This document shows, one piece after another, positions 39,871 to 49,498 of a stretch of DNA of 64,000 bases. Source of the stretch: a bacterium (GTDB lineage: Bacteria; UBA8248). The stretch spans positions 1,088,001 through 1,152,000 of the forward strand of contig CBDCRP010000002.1 in NCBI GenBank assembly GCA_965221165.1, read 5' to 3'. The notes beneath the pieces are model-generated. The model was given only the letters and a program-made list of their open reading frames with translations, made no database searches and was not told where the DNA came from. Within the stretch, counting starts at the first letter, position 1, and the number at the start of each line of letters is the position of its first letter. A program made the translations under genes and the position numbers.

Positions 39871-41409
39871 ATGGAATTGCTGAATTTACCGGTCGCAGAA
39901 CGCCGTGTCCCTGCCATCAGGATGCAGAACGTCACCAAAACGTTCCCCGGCGTAAAGGCCCTGGATCGCGTCAGTTTTGATGTCGACCACGGTGAGATAC
40001 ACGCGCTGGTCGGAGAGAATGGGTCGGGAAAGTCCACACTTCTGAAGTTGATGGTGGGCGCTTTCCCGATGAACTCCGGGCTGATCCACATCAATGGGGA
40101 TGAGGTTCGGCTGCGCTCACCGCGTGAAGCCAGGAAGCGATACGGTATCAAGATGATGCCGCAGGATGTCGAGTTGTGCGGACAACTGATTACCGGTCGC
40201 AACATCATGCTGGGCCTCGAGGGAGCGCTTGTCGACCGAAATAGACTGTCGCGCCGCGAGCGAGCAATAACGACGGAAGTGCTCCGCCTGATCGGTGCTC
40301 ACGTGGATCCCCAGATCAGAGCGGAGGATTTAAGTACACCGGAGGCTCGATTTATCCAGATCGCTCACGCGCTCTTGCCTCCGGTGAGCATGGTCCTTTG
40401 CGACGAGCCGACGGCGGTACTCTCCGCAGTGGATACCGAGGCGCTTCTGGCCACCTTGACCAGGATTCGGAGCGAGGCAGGTACGGCCATTGTATATGTC
40501 AGCCACCGGATCGGTGAGGTCCTTCAGATAGCTGACCGCATCACGATCCTGCGCGACGGCCGCAGCGTCGGTACGTTTCGACGCGACGAGATCAACCGAC
40601 AACAAATGATTGAACTGATGACCAAGTCCGCGCGCGTCGGCAAGCAAGGGGCGCCGGCTCAAGACGCTGCCCAGAGCGCAGTGAAAGGAGGAAAGCTGGC
40701 GGTTAAGGCGCTTGGGCTCGGTCGAAGCTTTTCAGACGTTTCGTTCGAAGTAGCGGCGGGACAAATTGTGGGAATCGCCGGCGCGCAAGGTGCGGGATTT
40801 GGTCCGCTGCTCGCCGCAATTGCGGGCCGTATCATATACGACGTCGGCACTGTCGAGCTGGACGAGGTCATCATTCCGCCCGGCTCGACCACGAAAGCGT
40901 ACAAGCTTGGGATCGCGCTGGTTCCTGCCGATCGGCGGCAAGCGGGTATCGTCTCAACGCTCACGGTTCGGGAGAACATCGCCTTGCCCGTTACAGGATC
41001 GCTTGGACGATACGGTTTCCGGCTTCGACGGGCCGAGCGAGAGACGAGCCGAAAGTTCGCTGAGGTATTCGATATCAGGGGAGCCGGGCTTAACACCAAG
41101 GCCGGAAATCTGAGCGGCGGCAACCAACAGAAACTAGCGATCGCTCGATCCCTTCAGGGGGACCCCAAGTTTCTTCTACTCGAAGAACCCACGCAAGGCA
41201 TCGATATTGGCGCCAAGACCGAGATCCGTCATCACATCAGCCAACTCGTTCGTAACGAAGGAATGGGCGTGTTGGTTGCAAGCTCCGAGTTTGAAGATCT
41301 AATCGGCTTTTCGGATGTCCTTCATGTGATGCGTCTGGGCCGGATTGTCGCAACATTAGACGGGAAGACGGCGACCTACTCGCAGATCCTTCACGCGGCG
41401 CTCCCTTAG
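39871..41409 (+). CDS. Sugar ABC transporter ATP-binding protein (RbsA type, two NBDs)
   Basis: GENGSGKS, DEPT, SH, LSGGNQQK, EEPTQGIDIG. Confidence 0.92.
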   Translation: MELLNLPVAERRVPAIRMQNVTKTFPGVKALDRVSFDVDHGEIHALVGENGSGKSTLLKLMVGAFPMNSGLIHINGDEVRLRSPREARKRYGIKMMPQDVELCGQLITGRNIMLGLEGALVDRNRLSRRERAITTEVLRLIGAHVDPQIRAEDLSTPEARFIQIAHALLPPVSMVLCDEPTAVLSAVDTEALLATLTRIRSEAGTAIVYVSHRIGEVLQIADRITILRDGRSVGTFRRDEINRQQMIELMTKSARVGKQGAPAQDAAQSAVKGGKLAVKALGLGRSFSDVSFEVAAGQIVGIAGAQGAGFGPLLAAIAGRIIYDVGTVELDEVIIPPGSTTKAYKLGIALVPADRRQAGIVSTLTVRENIALPVTGSLGRYGFRLRRAERETSRKFAEVFDIRGAGLNTKAGNLSGGNQQKLAIARSLQGDPKFLLLEEPTQGIDIGAKTEIRHHISQLVRNEGMGVLVASSEFEDLIGFSDVLHVMRLGRIVATLDGKTATYSQILHAALP

Positions 41410-41696
41410 GCGTCGGCGCTGAGGCTGCGGCGAACGGCGCAGCGTTAAACTCCGGTGATATTGCAGTTGCACTTATTGTCGGGGTACAGCAGCCCTCTCT
41501 CATCTGCGTTCAGATGGTATACCAACTGACATTGCTGAATGCTGGCGCGCAGTGGCGGCTCGACGCGAATGCCTCTCTCAACCATGCCGGCACGCGGCGC
41601 GAGCGCGAGGACGGCGAGGAGCACGAGCTCATGTTGCAGGCGATTCTGCGCTGGTAGCGGCCGAGGTTCGCATACCGCTCACGGGTTGCTTCTCCA

Positions 41697-42366
41697 GCCC
41701 GCGCTTGGGCTGCTTCTGGGGCACCTTGAGCCCCTCCTGCCGCCAGATGCGCTCGACCCGCTTGTGGTTCACCCGCCAGCCCTCATGCCTCAGGAGCGCT
41801 GTGACGCGCCGGTACCCATAGCGCCCGTATAGACTGGCCAGCTGGGTGATTCGATCGGTAAGCCTCCTCTCATCATCGCTCAGACACAGAGGGCGCCTTT
41901 GCGTTGAGCGGGGCTGTGCCAGCACCCGGCAGGCCCGCCGCTCAGATACCCGGAACCTCTCGCGTACATGCACCGCCGCCCGCCTTCTCTTTGGCGGGCT
42001 CAGAAGTTTCCCGAGGCGACCTCCTTGAGAATCGCCATGTCCAGGGCCTGGTCAGCTACGTGCTTCTTGAGGCAGCCGTTCTCACGCTCGAGTTCCTTGA
42101 GCCGCTTGGCCTGATCGAGCCTGAGGCCTCCGTACTCCTTCCTCCAGCGATAATAGGTCTGCTCGGATACTTCGATCTGCTTGCGGGCCTCAGGGACGGT
42201 CTGTCCCTGAGAGAGCAGAACCTCGGCTTCTCTCAACTTGCCGATAATCTGCTCAGGCGTATGACGCTTCCTGGACATGAAAAATTCCCCCGGATCGGGC
42301 GGCCCGGCCGAAAGAGTACCGAAAATCCTCTCATTCAGCATGGACCGATGTGAGGGGGGCACATCA
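41697..42366 (-). mobile_element. Truncated IS3-family element (orfA 42000..42278, partial orfB)
   Basis: End TGATGTGCCCCCC at 42366, orfA MSRKRHTPEQII, GGGAAAC frameshift site; orfB breaks after KQPKRG. Confidence 0.88.
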
Positions 42367-43219
42367 CATGAAAATTGAAGTTGTTGTTGATGAATTCGGA
42401 CCGCAATTCGAAATCTGAAGGCAACAAATTGCCCACAAAAATGGATTTTCCGATGCCACCTGCGCCTTTCAGAATGGGAATGTAATCCATTTTGGTTCCA
42501 GGATTGAACATCCTCTCGATCCCGCCGAGATAGATATATCTCCCCACAGCCCGATTGTATTCGTTATCCTCCACACCGAAGCAATCGAGCAGGCATCTCT
42601 CATGATACTGATCACCAGATTGGCCCATTTCCTCATAAATGGATTTGATAAACTCAGCCACTACGTTCTTTTTATTATCCAGCGCCAAACTTTCCACGGC
42701 ATCACGCATCATCACATTCGAGAATTCCGCCTCGGAAGAGTCTTTCCCACTACCAAATTTGAACTTCTCTGCTATTTCCGTGCGAAGTTGCAAAACATCG
42801 TCATCACCTAGGCGAGATGTCTCTTCATTTCTTTGAATGTAAATGGTGCCTGAAACGACATCTTTGAATAGATGGACCTTGAGTTGTTGCAGAGCATCTT
42901 TCGCGCCCATGATTTTTTTCTTCAGGACTTGATCGTTATCAATCTCTTTGTTCTCTTTGTTCGTGATTTCTTTCTGATATGTTTCCGCATCAATCCAGAT
43001 TTGCCGTAGTTCTTCATCAGAAAAACACTCATACCCATCAAAATTCTCCTGGTTCAATCTGAGAAACGATGCTTTACACTGATTGAAATTCGCAGGTGGA
43101 ATTTTCCCATCCAGATAGCTCATCCAAGCCTCGTTTGAGAAAGCTTCTAGTTCCGTGCGTAACTCGATTTTCTTGAAGTTTGTTTCGGGGTGTGACTTTG
43201 TTTCTGTGTTGTTCGACAT
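42367..43219 (-). pseudogene. VapE/virulence-associated E-like primase-helicase, truncated by IS3
   Basis: ERMFNPGTKMDYIPILKGAGGIGKS Walker A context; AT-rich; frame runs into the IS end. Confidence 0.72.
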
Positions 43220-43948
43220 GATTCTTCCTCCTTGATTTGGGTTAAAGTGCTCTGATCTCATTGCTATTGGGTTTTTTTGAGATTGGGGAGTGCGCCCACT
43301 CCCCAAAAACCCAAATCAAAGAAGCCAGAACATGGGTATTTATACGGAGACTCTGACTTTTCTTTGAGGAAAATGAAAAATAGTTATAATTTGCCTCTAG
43401 GCGTGCATATTTCGACGCTGAGAGCACATCTCTCCCATAGCCAGTCCGTTAGCATTGTTTCGTTTTTTGATTTACTTGAGCAGCGTTTCGATGAGTAGGT
43501 TCTTACCGAAGCCAAGGAGAGAAAGCGACAATCGTTTCTTCAGATCAACAATTTACACACGCTATAGATGTGCGAAATTCCATACTTCCACGAATCCCTT
43601 CAAAATAAACATATTCTATTGATTTATAAGGGGTTGTATTGTTTTCAGGAAATCAATAAATGTCAGGGAGTATCTACCCCTTGGTCGATTTTATTTTAGT
43701 AAATTGGCAGAAATGACATTTGTAACTCATTTAGTATCAATAAGTTATTATTTGATTTTCACGTTTCGCAACATTTGTTTTAGTTCTGGAATTTCCTCTG
43801 AGAACTTTTTGGTAAGTATCAAATTGGAGAGCAGTTTACCTAGATAGGAACTTACTCCGAAGCGTCAGAGAACTGCATGCTTGGAACTTACAAGAGGAGA
43901 TGGAAAGCTAGGTACCAACTGCCATCGTTAAGCGAGGAGCTTTACAGG

Positions 43949-44956
43949 ATGGGAACAGCCAGTCGTCACCTGCGCCTAATGCTGGCCTCGGGGGTGACTA
44001 CCATGCGCAACCCCAGCGAGCGCAGTTGGCGCGGCGTGGTGTGCCGGGAAGCGGTTCGTTCGGGGTTCCTCGCGGGCCCCCGCCTCTGGGTGGGCGCGCG
44101 TGGCATCCGGCCCACTCATGGATGGGGACAGAACGCGTTCCCTGTGGATGGAGAGGATTCTTTGCGGCGCTTTGTGCGGGAGAACATCGAGGGAGGCGCA
44201 GATTTCATCAAGATCTACGCGAGCGGGGAGGTCTTTCAGAACACCGCAGAGACGGCCTACATGAGCCGCTTGGAGGTGCGCGCCGTGGCGGAAGAGGCAC
44301 ATCGGGTTGGAAAGAAGGTAGCTGCTCACTGTCATGGCGGGGAGATTCTAAATATTTGCCTCGAGGAAGGGGTGGACTGCATCGAGCACGGCGCCATGTT
44401 GACGGGAGAACACCTTGACCTCTTTAAGACTCACGGCGCTTGGCTCATCTGCACTTTCAATCCTTATCTCCATCCAAGCGCCCTTGAGGGAGAGCGGTCT
44501 TCCGCTCACGTCGAAGGCGTCCGCCGTGCACGCGCAAACATGGAAAAACGCTTCCCGACGGCCTTGCGCTCGGGCATTCGCTTCACAGTAGGTACGGACG
44601 GGCGGCATGGGAATCTGACTTTTGAGCTTGAGTGCTTGGTGCGATTTGGTCTCTCGCCCCTTGAAGCCATTCAGGCCGCCACGCGTGACGCTGCAGAAGC
44701 GTGTGAGATGGGAGACCAGGTTGGTACCCTGGAGCCTGGAAAGCTCGCTGACCTCATCGCTACCGAGGGAAACCCATTGCAGGACATTTCTGCGCTTCAC
44801 CGGGTGCGGGTGGTGATGAAGGAAGGCCTCCTGTACGAGAACCTTGTCCAATCTTGGGAGTCCAGGGACTTGGAACCCGGGCCAGCATCTCAGGAGGGCA
44901 CGTCACTCGGGGTCGCTACGCCTCGCCCTCCGGCCATATTGGGGGGACTCTCATAG
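43949..44956 (+). pseudogene. Amidohydrolase (Xaa-Pro dipeptidase-like), N-terminally truncated
   Basis: GVTTMR, GADFIK, AAHCHG, IEHG, GTD, EPGKLADL; the N-terminal HxH metal motif is missing. Confidence 0.68.
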
Positions 44957-45381
44957 GGAGTGGTAAAGCTATCTGGGATAGATTCAAGCCAGAGGAGTGT
45001 CCTGAGGATATCTTTCGGTGGACTTAATTGCCTTCTCCGCGAGAGACACCGCCGAGGAAGGAAAATTAGGCCGGATTTTGCTGGATTAAGAGTGTTGCCG
45101 CATAATTCTGGCAAAAAGAGAAAACGCCGCTTTGAGGCCCGTGTTTTGGCCTGAGGAGGTGCCTCACATGGCGGCTTCTGCTAAACATGGTGAACTCTTT
45201 ACGAGAAAGACGGTCGAATGGCGAGCCAATGGCGCGAAACTTGAGAACGGGCGGCGGTTGCCGTATAATTTCAGAGTATATGGGAAATTTCGGTTGAAGG
45301 GACTTCGGGTGCTCGGGGATGGGGGAGGCCAAAAAGTGGCCTCGCACTTCGGTGTTGTTCCACTTCGTGGAGGAAAATAAA

Positions 45382-46410
45382 ATGAAGAATTGGGCGATCA
45401 GGTACCTTGGCATCGTGATTTGTACGGCAGCGATAGGAACAGCTCCTGCTATTGGTTCGGAGTATCCTCCCGAACTCGTTTCCGCCGCGAAGAAGGAAGG
45501 CAAGCTCGTTATCTACTGCTCTCACCGGCGCAAGATCATGATCCCGGCGAGCAAGGAGTTTGAAAGATTGTTCGGCATCAAGGTGGATCACACGCGGAAG
45601 TCGAGCAAGGGTGTCATCCGGATAGTCGAAGCCGAGCGCATGGCGGGACGGCAAAGGGTCGATATCATTTGCATCGGCGACAGGACGGCGCTGATCCGGT
45701 GGGGGAAAGAGAAGGAAGTGATCCCTTATCAACCGAAAAACAAAAGCATGATGGACCCCATCTTGCGACCGAGGGAAAACTTCATCAACGACAAGTATGT
45801 TCTTAATATGGCCATCACCTACAACACCAAGAAGGTGGCCAAGTCGGAAGTGCCGAAAACTTGGAAAGACCTTTTGGACCCCAAATGGAAGGACCGGATC
45901 GTCATGGCAGCTCCTTCAACGGGATCGGGGCTCGCCACTTTCGGCGTCTTATTAAAGAAATACGGTTGGAATTACTACAAAAAACTCGCGAGGAACCGTC
46001 CTCTGATCGTTATGCAGAGTAAGGCCGGCGAGGTTACGATCATTCGGGGAGAGCGGGATATCGGACCTGGCGTCGTCAGCGTAGCGAATAAGCTCAGGAG
46101 GAAGGGGGAACCCATCGGGATAGCATTAATGGAAGATGTCACGCCGATGTTTCTTGGCGGCTCCGTAATCTGGAAACACGGCGGCCACCCCAACGCGGCA
46201 AAGCTGTGGATGGAATTCGAGCTCAGCAAATTCTATCAGAATCTCATAGTCCAACAAAGTTATTTTGGGGTTCGCAAAGATATGCCTTTGCCCAAAGGGG
46301 CACCGTCCCTCAGCGGGTTGAATCGGGAAACGCCGGATTATAAATGGCTGCTGGCAAACAAGACGAAACTGCTGAAAAAGTTTGATAAAATCATGGGGAA
46401 ACACAAATGA
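45382..46410 (+). CDS. ABC transporter substrate-binding protein (Fe3+/thiamine/polyamine cluster)
   Basis: Signal peptide, AAKKEGKLVIY, YNTK, PKTWKDLLDPKWK, HPNAAKL. Confidence 0.88.
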   Translation: MKNWAIRYLGIVICTAAIGTAPAIGSEYPPELVSAAKKEGKLVIYCSHRRKIMIPASKEFERLFGIKVDHTRKSSKGVIRIVEAERMAGRQRVDIICIGDRTALIRWGKEKEVIPYQPKNKSMMDPILRPRENFINDKYVLNMAITYNTKKVAKSEVPKTWKDLLDPKWKDRIVMAAPSTGSGLATFGVLLKKYGWNYYKKLARNRPLIVMQSKAGEVTIIRGERDIGPGVVSVANKLRRKGEPIGIALMEDVTPMFLGGSVIWKHGGHPNAAKLWMEFELSKFYQNLIVQQSYFGVRKDMPLPKGAPSLSGLNRETPDYKWLLANKTKLLKKFDKIMGKHK

Positions 46411-46469
46411 GTAAAATGAATAACAGTAGATCCATCTGATATGTCGAACCACTTTGAGGAGGGTTTCAA

Positions 46470-47762
46470 TTGACGCATGAAACTCGCGAGCAGAGGATCC
46501 GCCGTATCAAGGAGAAGTTAAGCCGGGACCGCGGCCGGCCCAACGATGGCGTTCTCTTCGGGGTGGAGGTGGACCCCGATTATTTCGAGGCGTTCTCCCA
46601 GGTGGGCTGGGGCTTCTTCAATCGGGATAAGCCCCGCCATGTGCCCGAAAAGATGCGGGCGATTCTCGCCGCGATCGTCACATGCTCGGTCCTCTGGAAG
46701 AAGGATCCAACGGAACCTGGCGCTACACTCCACTGCGAGAGGGCGCTGGAGCATGGCGCCACCATGGAGGAGATTTTGGAGGCGTTCGAGGTTGCCGGCT
46801 TCGCGGGGGGACACCCGCTTCTCCTGATGGGCCTGAGAGTTCTCAAGGAAATCGCCGGCAAAAAGGGCGGACTGAAAGAGCCCGGGAACGGGTTAGAGAG
46901 TCCACGCGCTGGAGCCTCCTCGGAGACTCGCGAGGAAAGGGTCCGCCGCATTACCGAGAAGATGGATCGGGACCGGGGCTATACCGACGAGGCCCTAGGC
47001 TTTGGCGCCCGACTGGACCCGGATTACTTCGAACCGTACTCCGAGATAGGCTGGGGCTTCTTCAATCCGGATAGACCTCGCCACCTGCCCCAGAAGAATC
47101 GGGAAATCATCGCCGTCGTCGTCGTGGCTCTCAGGGGGAGCGAGGAGGACGCCTACCACCACTGCAAAAGGGCGCTCCAGCATGGCTCCACCATGGAGGA
47201 AGTCCTGGAGGCGTTCGAGGTGAGTGGCCTCCCCGGGGGAACTCCGCACCTACTGAGGGGCCTGAGGATCCTCAAACGGATTGCCGACGAAGGGGGAGGA
47301 CTGAAAGATCCAATTGGTGGGCCTGGGGGCCCTCGCGGAAAAAGAATCCGCCGTATCACCGAGAAGATGAGCCGGGACCAAGGCCGGATCGACGAGGCCC
47401 TAGGCTTTGGCGCCCGACTGGACCCGGATTACTTCGAACCGTACTCCGAGATAGGCTGGGGCTTCTTCAATCCGGACAAGCCCGGCCGCTTCTTGCCCCA
47501 CAAGACGCGCGAAACAATTGCCGCGGCCCTGATGGCCTTCAGGACGGACGAGGAGGGCGTCGCCATCCACTGCAAGAGGGCGCTGGAGTACGGCGCCACC
47601 ATCGAAGAAATGGTAGAGGTGTTCGAAGTGTGTCTCGTCCCCGCGGGAGCCGGGGCCCAATTATTTGGGCTGAGGGCCCTTAAGCGCATCGTTGAGAGGG
47701 CGGGTGCGTCATGTGATGGAGGTTCTTGGATGAGTGAGCTGAAAGAGGAGGTTCTTGAATGA
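46470..47762 (+). CDS. Triple-repeat CMD/AhpD-fold protein
   Basis: Three repeats of RGxxDEALGFGARLDPDYFE.YS.IGWGFF...K.RE.IA...HCKRALEHGATMEE.LEAFEV. Confidence 0.82.
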   Translation: MTHETREQRIRRIKEKLSRDRGRPNDGVLFGVEVDPDYFEAFSQVGWGFFNRDKPRHVPEKMRAILAAIVTCSVLWKKDPTEPGATLHCERALEHGATMEEILEAFEVAGFAGGHPLLLMGLRVLKEIAGKKGGLKEPGNGLESPRAGASSETREERVRRITEKMDRDRGYTDEALGFGARLDPDYFEPYSEIGWGFFNPDRPRHLPQKNREIIAVVVVALRGSEEDAYHHCKRALQHGSTMEEVLEAFEVSGLPGGTPHLLRGLRILKRIADEGGGLKDPIGGPGGPRGKRIRRITEKMSRDQGRIDEALGFGARLDPDYFEPYSEIGWGFFNPDKPGRFLPHKTRETIAAALMAFRTDEEGVAIHCKRALEYGATIEEMVEVFEVCLVPAGAGAQLFGLRALKRIVERAGASCDGGSWMSELKEEVLE

Positions 47763-48409
47763 GCGAGCTGAAAGAGCCCATCGTGGTGGTGAAGTATTCC
47801 GATTTCACCTGACCCTACTGCTATGTGGCCACCGTCGGTGGAATCCCGATTCTGGAGCAGGATCCGGACGTGGAGGTCGAGTGGGTGAGCTGGGAGGGAA
47901 GGCCGCCCGGCGCCCCGTTCAAGTCCTTCACGCCGGAGGAGCGGCAGGAAGTCTACCAGAAGGTGCACAAGCCCCTAGCGGACAAGTACGGAGTGGATAT
48001 CATCGTCGTCTCAAAGAACAGCTACCGCACCACGAACGCCCACATGACCTCCTTCTACGCCCGGGACATGGGCAAGTTCGTGGGGTTCCGGGACCGGGTG
48101 TACCAGGCCCTCTGGGTGGACAACCTCGACCTGGAGAGCCCCGACGTGCTCGCCCGGCTCGGGGAGGATGTGGGCCTCGACGGGGATGAGATCCGGAAGG
48201 TGATCGAGGAGAAGCGCTACTTCGGCGCGCTCCAGAGCCAGCGCGCCCAGGGAAAGAGTCTCGGGATCTTCGGCATCCCCTGCTTCGTGGTGGAGGGCAA
48301 GATATTCTGGGGAAAAGACGTGATCGACGATCTAAAAGAGGAGGTCGCGCGGCTGAAAAAAGAGAAGCTCGCCGAGCAGGTAAAAGAGGAATGGGGCTGT
48401 CCTAGCTAA
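47759..48409 (+). CDS. DsbA/FrnE-family thiol-disulfide oxidoreductase, predicted selenoprotein (UxxC)
   Basis: ATG 47759 after GGAGG; reads MSELKEPIVVVKYSDFT-TGA(47810)-PYCYVA in frame with ORF 47825..48409; GIFGIPCFVV cis-Pro motif. Confidence 0.85.
47829..47841 (+). promoter_or_regulatory. Candidate bacterial SECIS hairpin
   Basis: CCACC-GTC-GGTGG stem-loop with an apical G 22 nt after the UGA. Confidence 0.55.
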
Positions 48410-49112
48410 GCGGCTTGTTTAGTCTAGGATGGCGTGATGTACGAGAGGAAAAGCCGGCTCAGTGATTGGAAGCGCGGTCGTCTGATTGAGCACTTCGTTG
48501 CCGGTACGACGGCTCGGGCGGCAGCCGAACTGGTTGGCGTCCACCGGAACACGGCGGTCTCATTTTATACTCGGCTTCGCAAGGTGATTGCCGAGGCAAT
48601 GGAGAAAGCCTCGCCTTTTGCCGGAGAGATCGAGGTTGATGAGAGTTATTTTGGCGGCCGCCGCAAAGGCAAGCGGGGTCGAGGCGCTGGCGGAAAAGTC
48701 CCGGTTTTCGGGCTTTTGAAGCGAGGTGGGAAGGTCTACACGGCGATGATCCCCAATGCCCGGACTGCCACGTTGATGCCGATTATGGAGCGTATGATCC
48801 GGCCTGACAGCATCGTCTATACGGACGGTTTTTCGAGCTATGATGCCCTGGACGTTTCGGACTTCCACCATGTTCGGATCAATCACTCGGAGCGGTTCGT
48901 CGATGAGCGGAGCCATATCAACGGGACCGAGAACTTCTGGAACCAGGCGAAGCGGCATTTACGGCGCTTCAATGGCGTCCCGAAACAGAGCTTTCACCTG
49001 TTCCTGAAGGAGTGCGAATGGCGGTTCAACGGAGGTGATCACCGAGAACTGCTTAACCAATTGAAGACATGGATCATTTTGAGACAGAAACGTACTTAGC
49101 TAGGACAGCCCC
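48393..49112 (+). mobile_element. IS1595 family, IS1016 group insertion sequence
   Basis: 18-bp perfect TIR GGGGCTGTCCTAGCTAAG; flanking AAGAGGAA duplication. Confidence 0.93.
48434..49099 (+). CDS. IS1016-group DDE transposase
   Basis: EVDESYFGG, GRGAGGK.PVFG, VYTDG, HING.ENFW, KECEWRFN. Confidence 0.93.
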   Translation: MMYERKSRLSDWKRGRLIEHFVAGTTARAAAELVGVHRNTAVSFYTRLRKVIAEAMEKASPFAGEIEVDESYFGGRRKGKRGRGAGGKVPVFGLLKRGGKVYTAMIPNARTATLMPIMERMIRPDSIVYTDGFSSYDALDVSDFHHVRINHSERFVDERSHINGTENFWNQAKRHLRRFNGVPKQSFHLFLKECEWRFNGGDHRELLNQLKTWIILRQKRT

Positions 49113-49235
49113 AAGAGGAAAGCTAAGCGCAACTTCGTGCTTAAATGGACAGAGAGATCTATTCGTTAAAGCCGCGTTAGAGCAGACACAATGAGGGGAG
49201 AAATGAGCTAGTACAAAAGCGAAATTCGAGGCGGC

Positions 49236-49481
49236 ATGCGCATCGACTGGGACGTTCCGCTCGAAATTGACGATGACGTAGTTCTGCGTGCCGACGTCTT
49301 TCGGCCCGTCGAGGAGAGGAATATTCACAAAGACAGAGGCTTCGTCTACGATGTTTTGGGTTTCGGCGCCCAGCTCGACTCCGACTCTTTCGAAGTCTAC
49401 TCCCAGATGCACTACGGCTTTTTCAAAGAAGAACCTCGCAACCTCGATCCCAAGACCCGCGAGCTGATCGAGAATCAATAG
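49236..49481 (+). pseudogene. Chimeric remnant: CocE/NonD hydrolase N-terminus joined to a CMD-repeat fragment
   Basis: MRIDWDVPLEIDDDVVLRADVFRP followed by DRGFVYDVLGFGAQLD.D.FEVYS...GFF...K.RELI. Confidence 0.6.
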
Positions 49482-49498
49482 AAATTTAAGGAAATGGT

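Noticed and set aside
41540-41580. TGGCGCGCAGTGGCGGCTCGACGCGAA motif resembling a degenerate tRNA 3' end or att site
   Set aside because: No cloverleaf, no T-loop consensus and no matching second copy found
44960-45380. Short ORFs upstream of the SBP gene
   Set aside because: No recognisable motifs; probably promoter or intergenic DNA
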